64,000 nt of DNA from an uncultured Spirochaetota bacterium. Its GTDB lineage: Bacteria; Spirochaetota; B62-G9; DRHN01. Numbering within the stretch: the stretch's first letter is position 1; every line of letters begins with the position of its first letter. The notes beneath the pieces were generated by a model. It saw nothing but the letters and a program-made list of their open reading frames with translations, was not told the DNA's origin and did no database searches. A program made the translations under genes and the position numbers. Positions 28,035-36,900 of the stretch are shown here, one piece after another. The stretch is taken from assembly GCA_964583615.1 (NCBI GenBank), contig CAZOWM010000002.1, forward strand, positions 8,050 through 72,049. The letters are read 5' to 3'.

Positions 28035-29789
28035 ATGATGAAAAGGATTCTTTTTTTACTCTGTATAGTGCTACTTCTGTTTCTGTATGTGTGCGCGTAC
28101 GCGCAGCTCGAAACAGGCGGAGTTGACAATATATTCTCCTACGGGGCCGGTCTCCGTGCGCTCGGCATGGGAGGCGCATTTGTTGCGATGAAAAACGACC
28201 CCACGCTCGCCTACTGGAACCCCGGAGCCATGTCCTTCAACCAGCACAAGGAGATCTCCTTCTTCGGAACCCGCACCATCGCCTCCTCCTATTACTTTTC
28301 AGGCTTCTACACGAACCCCACGGTGAGCTTCGGAACGCTGAGCATCGGAGCGCTCGGCCTGTACACCAATGGAATTCAGTCGTATGATGAAAGCGCCTCA
28401 CCGATCACCGGCGCTCGTACCGACTACCTCCACTATCAGATCCTGATCTCATACGGGTACAATTTTAAGTGGGGGTTCGGAGTCGGAGCGTCAGCCAAGG
28501 TCGAGCAGATGAGAATTACGGAATACAAGGGAACGGGTGCGAGCTTCGATGTGGGTGTATACTACAATCCAGAAAAAATCCCCTGGCTGTCTGTGGGAGC
28601 GGTTGTACAGGACGTGTACAGCACCGGAATCAAGCTGGTAGACGAATTCGAGCAGAGCACACGCGTGTACAAGGCGGGGCTTGCAACGAATTTTTATTCC
28701 GGAGAACAAAAAAACACCCGCCTCTCATTCGCCCTCGACGGGCGTTTTTACAACGACAACTACAACTCGGGGCAGAAGCAGTTCCTCTACGATCTCAGCT
28801 TCGGAACGGAAGTCTCCTTTGTGGAGAGTCTCTCTTTCAGGGCCGGCTATCACAACTTCACGCTCGACAGCCTCGGGAAGGGTCTCCCGCAGGGCCTCTC
28901 TCTGGGTATCGGAATCCGGCGTTGGGGATTTGGAATCGATTATGCGGTGAACTTTGAAGACACAGACTGGCAGGGGCCGCTCGACCTTTTGATGCGTCTC
29001 GGAATCAGCTACCGTTTCGGCCTCAGCATGGAGGAGAAAAAAGTGAAAATTGCGGAAGACATCCGCACGCAAATCGACGAAGGCATACGGAAGGTCACCG
29101 AAACATACGAAGATAAGCTCGAGGAGCTCACCGTTGAGTACAACCAGGAAAAGGACAGAATCATCAGGCAGCTCGACGAAAAATACGAAGAAAAGATCGG
29201 CTCACTCGACATAAGCCTCGAGGAGTCCAGACAGGAAATCACTAATCTCACGACCCAGCTCGCAGAGGAAAAGCAGGCACTGATTGAAGATCTGGAACAG
29301 CAGTATGTAACCGATAGGGCCACGCTCGAAAGTCAGTTTGCAAAGGAGCGATCGACGTACGAGGGCCAGATTTCACGGCTGCAGGAACGGTTCGAGGAAG
29401 AGACCTCTCTTAATGAAAGGCTTCTTGCGGACGAGGCATTCAAGTCGCAGAAATACGCACGCGGACTTCAGCTCTACTCAGAGGGAGAGTATGATGAAGC
29501 GCTTACGGAATTCGAAACAGTTGCGCGGTTTGACCCGGACTACCTCAGCGTCCAGGAATACATAAACAGAACAAAAGCCGAGCTCAGAGATGTAAAGACA
29601 TACAGTCCTGAAATTCTTGCGATATACTATAGAGGGATCGACCTCTTCGTGCAAAAAAACTACGAGGAGGCGATCACCGAGTGGGAGAAAATCCTCGAAA
29701 TAGACCCCTACAACAAGCTCGCAAGACGAAACATCAAGGAAGCGCGTGACCGCCTGAGGAAACTGAGAGAGCTCGGTATCAATCAATAA
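28035..29789 (+). CDS. secreted outer-membrane-like protein (FadL/PorV-like N-terminal region) fused to long coiled-coil and C-terminal TPR region
   Basis: Signal peptide MMKRILFLLCIVLLLFLYVCAYA. Beta-strand-rich N-domain with GAGLRALGMGGAFVAMKNDPTLAYWNPGAM. The region from residue ~330 to ~470 is Glu/Lys/Gln-rich coiled coil. The C-terminus has TPR-like repeats (YDEALTEFETVARFDPDY..., YEEAITEWEKILEIDPYN). Confidence 0.6.
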   Translation: MMKRILFLLCIVLLLFLYVCAYAQLETGGVDNIFSYGAGLRALGMGGAFVAMKNDPTLAYWNPGAMSFNQHKEISFFGTRTIASSYYFSGFYTNPTVSFGTLSIGALGLYTNGIQSYDESASPITGARTDYLHYQILISYGYNFKWGFGVGASAKVEQMRITEYKGTGASFDVGVYYNPEKIPWLSVGAVVQDVYSTGIKLVDEFEQSTRVYKAGLATNFYSGEQKNTRLSFALDGRFYNDNYNSGQKQFLYDLSFGTEVSFVESLSFRAGYHNFTLDSLGKGLPQGLSLGIGIRRWGFGIDYAVNFEDTDWQGPLDLLMRLGISYRFGLSMEEKKVKIAEDIRTQIDEGIRKVTETYEDKLEELTVEYNQEKDRIIRQLDEKYEEKIGSLDISLEESRQEITNLTTQLAEEKQALIEDLEQQYVTDRATLESQFAKERSTYEGQISRLQERFEEETSLNERLLADEAFKSQKYARGLQLYSEGEYDEALTEFETVARFDPDYLSVQEYINRTKAELRDVKTYSPEILAIYYRGIDLFVQKNYEEAITEWEKILEIDPYNKLARRNIKEARDRLRKLRELGINQ

Positions 29790-29832
29790 TTCCTGTTCAG
29801 CACTGCTTGCAGAACCCGGGGGAGAGGACTGT

Positions 29833-30714
29833 ATGCGAATTGACGCACACTGCCACACCGATTGCTCTGACGGCAACATCTCCATCGAAGAACGAATCGG
29901 TATCGTCCATAAATGCGGGTATGACGCCGCAACCATCACCGACCACGATTTCATCAACACCGAACAGGTGCTGCGCGCGAAAGCGGCAGCAGGCGAAATG
30001 CCATACATCCCGGGAATCGAGCTCACCCTTTCACACGAGGGCAGAATCGTTCACATCCTCGGCTACTATGTCGACCCCGCCAACCGCCTGCTGCAGCAGC
30101 ATATCACTCGGGTTCAAAACCTCGATCAGGCGTATACGTCGATGCTGATCGAGCTGTTCAGGCCGAAAGGGATCCGTTTCGGTCTGACAGATCTTGTTTC
30201 GCCTTCGATACACACATACTACTCGCTCCGTTTTATAAAACGCATCTCCTTCGAGCTCTACTCCTACAACAGGCGCGCCACGCTCACCGCGTTTCTCGAT
30301 GCGCTCGGGAGAGTCGGGATGCAATATGGGGATTTCTCCCCCTGGCCGGTGCGAGAAGGGATTGAACTCATCCACAATGCAGGAGGGTTTGCAGTCCTTG
30401 CACACCCGGGCGGAAAAAACGACACACAGATGACAGCGCTCGGGTACCTTCTTCACGATGAATCACATATACGGTTATACGCAGACTGGGGGCTTGACGG
30501 CATTGAAGTGTTTTCTCCCATGCACTCTGAAAGCGAAACCGTTTTTTTCGATGCTGCAGCCAGGCGCTTCAACCTGCTCAAAACAGCGGGGAGTGACTGC
30601 CACGGCGATGACGCACTCACAGGACCGATGCGGATGGGCGTATTCACCGACATCCCCAACGATCTCTACGACCGCATGCTGAACTACCACCGGGCCCATA
30701 AGTGCATCGTATAA
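29833..30714 (+). CDS. PHP-domain metal-dependent phosphoesterase
   Basis: MRIDAHCHTDCSDG N-terminal PHP motif. HDF, HPG and DCHGD histidine/aspartate motifs. Confidence 0.75.
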   Translation: MRIDAHCHTDCSDGNISIEERIGIVHKCGYDAATITDHDFINTEQVLRAKAAAGEMPYIPGIELTLSHEGRIVHILGYYVDPANRLLQQHITRVQNLDQAYTSMLIELFRPKGIRFGLTDLVSPSIHTYYSLRFIKRISFELYSYNRRATLTAFLDALGRVGMQYGDFSPWPVREGIELIHNAGGFAVLAHPGGKNDTQMTALGYLLHDESHIRLYADWGLDGIEVFSPMHSESETVFFDAAARRFNLLKTAGSDCHGDDALTGPMRMGVFTDIPNDLYDRMLNYHRAHKCIV

Positions 30715-30879
30715 GCTGCCGCTTATTGCGAAACCATTCTTTAATACTGAAAACCCTGCAACTTCCATGTGAATTTTCTTCATTGAACGAAGATTTTTCG
30801 AAAATTGGGTTATAATAGAGTGTATACATTCATTCAAAAAAGCGGAGTGTACCGAATCGCTGATGTATAGAAGTCTTTT

Positions 30880-32787
30880 ATGAAAAAAAACAGTGCCATT
30901 TCCAGACGAATCATGGGGAGCCTCATCGGAAGCATCCCGCGGGAAAAGGAACACGATTTCGAGCGCTACGGTGAAATGGCCAGACTGAAGTTCATCAACA
31001 TATCCCTTCTCACCGGATTGATCAGCTCCTGTGCGGTCCTCTGCTTCCAGATTCTGCGGCATGCCTTCCCGGGGGTATACTTCTCCGCCGCATCGGCCGT
31101 ACTCTTTTTTGTTTTCATCCTTTTGATGCGCCGCACCAGGAATATCAAACTGGGGAGCGTTTTTTTACTGAGCTTCATCGTTTTGCTGACAGGTGTCGGG
31201 CTCACGTCTTCGGAAATCTTTACTCCCGGGATGCTCTTTCTTTTTGCCTATCCTGTCATCGCGTTTTATCTGCAGGGGGCACGCCGGGGGGTGAGCTGGG
31301 TTGTCGTTTTTACGTGCGCGTATGGTGCAGCGCTCCTTCTCATCATGCTCGGCGCCGTCTCCGGACCCGTGCCGCATCCCATCCCGTTGATCGGGCTGTT
31401 GAATATCGTTCTCATTTCGATTTTTACGTTTCTGTCCGCAGACCGGCACCGCAGGATCGAGGAGCTCATGAGAAAACAGATCTTCTTCGACGCCCTCACC
31501 GGACTTCCGAACAGAAAAAAGCTCATAAAGGACATAGACGATTCCGTGTCTCCCGCGCTTTTCCTGGTCAATGTCGATGATTTCAAGGAGATCAACGCGA
31601 TCTTCGGCTACAGAATCGGCGACTCAGTGCTCATCTTTCTGGGGAAGCTCATCTCACACATCCTTCCGGCCTACGCAAGAGGGGTGTACAGGCTCGCAGG
31701 CGATGAGTTTGCAGTGCTCGTAGACACAGCCGACGAGTTCATTACCAGAGACATGCTGGAGACCACAGCGACTCTCCTGAGCCAGTATGTACAGAGGGAG
31801 AGGTACGGATACGCGAAGTATGAAATCATGCTCAGGGTGACCGCAGGTATTGCGCTTTCCCAAAACGCGGGCAAGCAAAACCTCTTCTCCTGCGCAGACA
31901 TTGCACTGAAAACGGCAAAACAGCTGCGAAAACCGTTTCTCTTCTACAGCGATGCGCAAAAGACTCGAAGCCGGTTCAAGGACAACCTGAAGTGGCTCAA
32001 GATTCTCTCCAATGCGATCGAGGGAGACCGAATCTTTCCCTTCTACCAGCCAATCGTGACCAATGCAACCGGAAAAATCGAGAAGTACGAGTGCCTGGCG
32101 AGGATCGCGGACAGCGAGGGAAAAATCATTCTCCCCAAAAACTTTCTCGAAGTGGCAAAGAAGTCACGGCTGTACCCGAAGATCACGCGCGCGATGCTGA
32201 AGAAGACCTTTGAGACCTTCAGGAATATCGACACGGAGTTCTCCCTGAACCTGTCGATCGAGGATTTCTTCGATCCCTATTTTCTGCAGTACATAAAGAT
32301 CGCGCTCAACGAGGCGCCGTCAATCAGGAAGAAGGTCACTTTTGAAATACTCGAGTCGGAGGGGATAAAAAATTACGGGGAGCTTTCCGCATTCATCGAG
32401 GAAATGAAACAGCTCGGCTGCAAGATTGCGCTCGATGATTTCGGCACGGGATATTCCAACTTCGAATACCTCATCAAGCTCAACCTCGATTACCTGAAGA
32501 TAGACGGGTCGCTTATCAGAAAGCTCGACAGAGACGACGGGACAAGGATCATCGTGGAAAACATCGTCAATTTCTCAAAAAAGCTCGGTATACAGACCGT
32601 TGCCGAGTACGTCCACTCGGACGAGATATTCAGTATCGTGAAGGCAATCGGGATCGACTACTCGCAGGGCGTCCTTCTCGGGGAGCCTCGGCCCGCCATG
32701 CTCGATATCTCAGACATCCCCGCAGGCACCGCACCCTCCTCCAAAAAGACAAAATCCTTTTCATCCTCTTCTACACGAAAAGAATAA
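30880..32787 (+). CDS. membrane-anchored GGDEF/EAL protein (c-di-GMP phosphodiesterase with degenerate cyclase domain)
   Basis: N-terminal ~6 TM segments. GGDEF domain reads RLAGDEFAV, a degenerate (AGDEF) active site. EAL domain has YECLARI, DDFGTGYS and EYVHS motifs. Confidence 0.8.
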   Translation: MKKNSAISRRIMGSLIGSIPREKEHDFERYGEMARLKFINISLLTGLISSCAVLCFQILRHAFPGVYFSAASAVLFFVFILLMRRTRNIKLGSVFLLSFIVLLTGVGLTSSEIFTPGMLFLFAYPVIAFYLQGARRGVSWVVVFTCAYGAALLLIMLGAVSGPVPHPIPLIGLLNIVLISIFTFLSADRHRRIEELMRKQIFFDALTGLPNRKKLIKDIDDSVSPALFLVNVDDFKEINAIFGYRIGDSVLIFLGKLISHILPAYARGVYRLAGDEFAVLVDTADEFITRDMLETTATLLSQYVQRERYGYAKYEIMLRVTAGIALSQNAGKQNLFSCADIALKTAKQLRKPFLFYSDAQKTRSRFKDNLKWLKILSNAIEGDRIFPFYQPIVTNATGKIEKYECLARIADSEGKIILPKNFLEVAKKSRLYPKITRAMLKKTFETFRNIDTEFSLNLSIEDFFDPYFLQYIKIALNEAPSIRKKVTFEILESEGIKNYGELSAFIEEMKQLGCKIALDDFGTGYSNFEYLIKLNLDYLKIDGSLIRKLDRDDGTRIIVENIVNFSKKLGIQTVAEYVHSDEIFSIVKAIGIDYSQGVLLGEPRPAMLDISDIPAGTAPSSKKTKSFSSSSTRKE

Positions 32788-32829
32788 TACCGACACTGTA
32801 AATACAGGACCCCATTCGGATAGGGCGCA

Positions 32830-33831
32830 ATGCAGCCATTACGAAACGCAATTATCGGGCTCGGCAGAATCGGAAGCACCCTCGAAGACGACCGACTGAG
32901 AGAAAAACCGTGTACGCACGCTGGCGCGGTCTCCCTGAGCCCTGACTGCATCCTTGTCGGCGGATGCGACATCGACAAACAAAAGAGAGAACGGTTCAAA
33001 AAGCGGTGGGGGTGCGAATCCGCATACCCCTCCATCGACGAGCTTCTCAAAAAAACCCGCCCCCACATCCTCCACATCGCAACACCGCCGGACACCCACC
33101 TCCACATGGTCGAAAAGGCTTTACAGCACGACGTTTCCGTGTGCATCTGTGAGAAACCGCTTGCAGCAACGCTCGCTGATGCGAAAAGGATCGCGGAAAT
33201 CCACGAGTTCGGAAAAATAAAGGTCCTCACAAACCACGAGCGCAGATACTCCGCAGACTACGTGCGGGCAGAGACTCTTGTCTCAAAAAAAACGCTCGGG
33301 CCGCTTCGCGCGGTCACGGCAAAGATCTCCATGGAGAACGAACAGTGCCTTTCCGCCATGCTGTGGAACGACGGAACACATCTCATCGACATCATCCGGT
33401 ATCTCTGCTGCCCCCGTCTGGAGCCGGAGAAACTGATCGGCACTCTTGAAAGGCAAAACGAAACTGCGTACATCTTCGCCCGCTCGGGAAACGTCCCGGT
33501 GATCATCGAAGCGGGAGGAGGGCGTGACCACTACGTGTTCGAGCTCGACATCGGGCTCGCCTCAGGGAGGATCAGAATCGGAAACGGGCTCTACGAGGAA
33601 TACAGAAGTGAAAAAAGCCTTTTCTACGAGGGGTTCAACTCTTTGAAACAGATGAAAATAAAGTGCAAAGACCCGAAGCAGTGGCCGTGCGGCCCCACAG
33701 GGTTTTTCTCGCTCATGCTCGAGGACGCGGTGTTGTGCGCCAGGCAAAACACCGAGCCTGTATCGAGCGCAAAGGACGGATTTCTGGCTCTCCGGTTTAT
33801 CGACAGAGTTTTTCATCTCCTGAAAAATTGA
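32830..33831 (+). CDS. Gfo/Idh/MocA family oxidoreductase
   Basis: N-terminal Rossmann IIGLGRIGS. Layout is typical of the family, and it has the family's EKP motif (ICEKPLA). Confidence 0.8.
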   Translation: MQPLRNAIIGLGRIGSTLEDDRLREKPCTHAGAVSLSPDCILVGGCDIDKQKRERFKKRWGCESAYPSIDELLKKTRPHILHIATPPDTHLHMVEKALQHDVSVCICEKPLAATLADAKRIAEIHEFGKIKVLTNHERRYSADYVRAETLVSKKTLGPLRAVTAKISMENEQCLSAMLWNDGTHLIDIIRYLCCPRLEPEKLIGTLERQNETAYIFARSGNVPVIIEAGGGRDHYVFELDIGLASGRIRIGNGLYEEYRSEKSLFYEGFNSLKQMKIKCKDPKQWPCGPTGFFSLMLEDAVLCARQNTEPVSSAKDGFLALRFIDRVFHLLKN

Positions 33832-33926
33832 AAAATAAAAAAAATGCGTTAGATTTATCAATTGCCTTTGAAACTTGCGCTCTTCATGTCTTACACTTTA
33901 TGAAGAGAGATAACGGAAGGGGATAT

Positions 33927-36900
33927 ATGCGCACTTTACCTGTAACGGTATTTCTGCTCTTTGGTCTCCTCGTAGGCATCAGCTCCTGCTTCATGGTCCG
34001 GGAAGATCTCTACGACGCACATAACGGCTCAGGCTCACAGGGAACCGGAGTTGACACTCCCGGAATCACTGTTGACATAGGAGACGGGCTCATCACAAAG
34101 GAAGATCTATCCCTTTCCGATACATTTACCGTTGTTCTGGACACCGAGCCCAGCGCAACAGTCACCATCGGCACAATACAGAGCCTTGATCCGGGCGAGG
34201 CGACGGTGTCGCCGTCGAGCCTCACCTTCACCACTGCAGACTGGGATATTCCCAAGGCCGTCACCGTCACTGGTGTGGACGACGCGATCACCGACGGAAT
34301 GCAGACCGCAGTCATAGACCTCGGCATAGCGTCAGGCGGCGACTACGAAGGTTTAGATCCGGGCGACGTGGTGGTGAGCAACCTCGACGACGAGGTTTCA
34401 TCCTCACCGGCAGTGATCGTTCTCACTGGAGACGGCCTTATCACCGCGGAGCACCCGACAGCGCCGCTTTCAGACACCTTTCAGGTCGTGCTGAACTCCC
34501 AGCCAACTGCAGACGTGTCCATCGGGACGATTTCGAGCACTGACATTTCTGAGGTCACCGTGAGCCCAGCGAGCATCACCTTCTCGACCGCAAACTGGGA
34601 CATACCGGTCACGGTCACCGTCACAGGGGTCGACGACCTCGAAAATGACGGGATGAAAACCGTGAACATCAACCTCGGAAGCACCACGAGCGCGGACGCG
34701 AACTGGGACGGTATGGTCCTTGCGCCTGTGTCGGTGCACAACCTTGACAACGACGCGCCCAAGGGAATTTCCGTCATTGCAGGGTCCCAGCTCATAGTGT
34801 CAGAAAGCGGTGCGGAGTGCTGGTTTGAAGTGGTGCTCGATTCAGCGCCTTCGGCGCAGGTGGACATCCCCGTCACCTTACCCGATTCGACGGAGGGAAC
34901 GATCACCTCTCCTGCAGCAGGAATACTGAGCTTCATTGCTGGAAACTGGGACACTGCCCAGACCGTGATCGTCACCGGCGTGGACGACTACGAGGCCGAC
35001 GGAAACACGAGCTTCAGTGTTGTGCTCGGCGCTGCAGTCTCAGCGGACACGGACTACAGCGGCATGGACCCCTCGGACGTGGCGTTTTTGAATATCGACA
35101 ATGAGACGCCCGGGATCACCGTGTACGCAGGCTCGTCAATGCTTGTGTCGGAAAACGGGAGCAGCACGTTTTTCGAGATCGTGCTCAACTCCGAGCCGTC
35201 TTCAACCGTCACGGTCAATGTTTCTTCCACCGACACGGGTGAGGGAACGGTGGCACCGACCGTGCTCAGCTTCATTGCTGGAAACTGGGACACTGCCCAG
35301 ACGCTTTCAGTGAGCGGTGTGGATGACCCCGCAGCGGATTGGAACAAGACATTTTTTATCGACATTACCACTTCCTCGGCGGATTCGGACTACAACGGGC
35401 TCACACAAAGCGTGGAATTCACGTGTGTTGACGACGATTTTCCAGGCATGACGGTGAGCGCGGGAACGAGGATGCTCGTGACGGAAACAGGCGGGGCAAG
35501 CGAGTTCGACGTGGTGCTCAACTCCGAGCCTTCCGATACAGTGACGGTAACCATCTCTTCGTCGAACACTCTTGAAGGAGACGTGACCGCAGGCGCCTCA
35601 CTCACGTTTATCGCAGCAAACTGGAGCGCGCCACAGACCGTCACCGTCACAGGGATCGACGACCACATTGCTGACGGAAACATCAATTTTACTGTCAGCT
35701 GTGTATCCTCTTCGCCTGCCGCTGATTACGACGGCCTGACGAAAAATATCGCTTTCACCAATATAGACGACAACACCCCCGGCGTGACCGTGAACGCAGG
35801 CTCCAGAATGATCGTCACGGAAAGCGGAATTTACTCAGAATTTATGGTAGTGCTCAACTCTGAGCCGCTTGACGATGTTGAGATATGCATTTCGAGCGAT
35901 ACGCCTGCAGAGGGGCTTGTGACCATACCCGCAGGAGGTGTTTTGACCTTTACGAGCACGGACTGGTTCATTGCTCAGTCTGTCACGGTCACCGGACAGG
36001 ACGATGCCGCGGTTGACGGAAACCAGAACTTTAGAATTAATTTCTCTGCAACATCTCTCCTTGATCCTGCATACGACGGGATTGTGATTCCTGACGTGGA
36101 CTTTTTGAACATTGACGACGACTCAACCGTCACAAAGACCATCACCGTTGTGGCAGGCTCCTCGACCCTCGTGTCAGAAAACGGGGGCGAGAGCAGTTTC
36201 CAGATCGTTTTGAGCTCCGCCCCCACAGACGACGTGACGATCCACGTGTCATCAAGCGACACGACAGAGGGGCAGGTCACAGACCCGCCCACAGGCGACG
36301 TGATATTCACTCCCATAGACTGGACGCCGAAGACGGTCACGGTCACAGGACAGGACGACGATCTTTATGATGGAAATGTGACCTTTCAGGTGAATCTCGT
36401 CAACGCCTCTTCACTCGACGGTGACTACAACGGCCTTTCACCGTCGCCGAACATCCTTGATTTCGAGTGCGTGGACGACGAGACGCCGGGCATCACGGTG
36501 AGCGCAGGCTCCTCGCTTCTCGTCTCTGAGAGCGACGCTGTTACAGGAGGTTCCTGCTCTTTCGAGGTGGTGCTGAACTCGGAGCCCACAGACGACGTGA
36601 CCATAAACGTTCACTCTGGCGACACGACCGAGGGCGACATTCTTTCAGGCACTACACTTACGTTTACCGATACAGACTGGAACATGCCCCAGACTGTCAC
36701 CGTGGCGGGCGTCGACGACTTTCTCGTGGACGGAAACCAGGGCTTCAGCATTGTGCTCGACTCTGACATTTTAACCGCTGATCCGTATTACAACGGGCTC
36801 GACCCGGACGACGTGTCATTCACCTGCGTAGACGACGACGCGCCCGGAATCACGGTCGACATCGGAGACGGCCTCTTCACCGCGGAGGACCCGGTGACTC

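Noticed and set aside
33663-33926. Upstream 5' extension of the giant ORF (start at 33663)
   Set aside because: The extension overlaps the end of the Gfo/Idh/MocA gene and lacks an RBS. The ATG at 33927 has a GGAAGGGGA RBS and is followed by a signal peptide.
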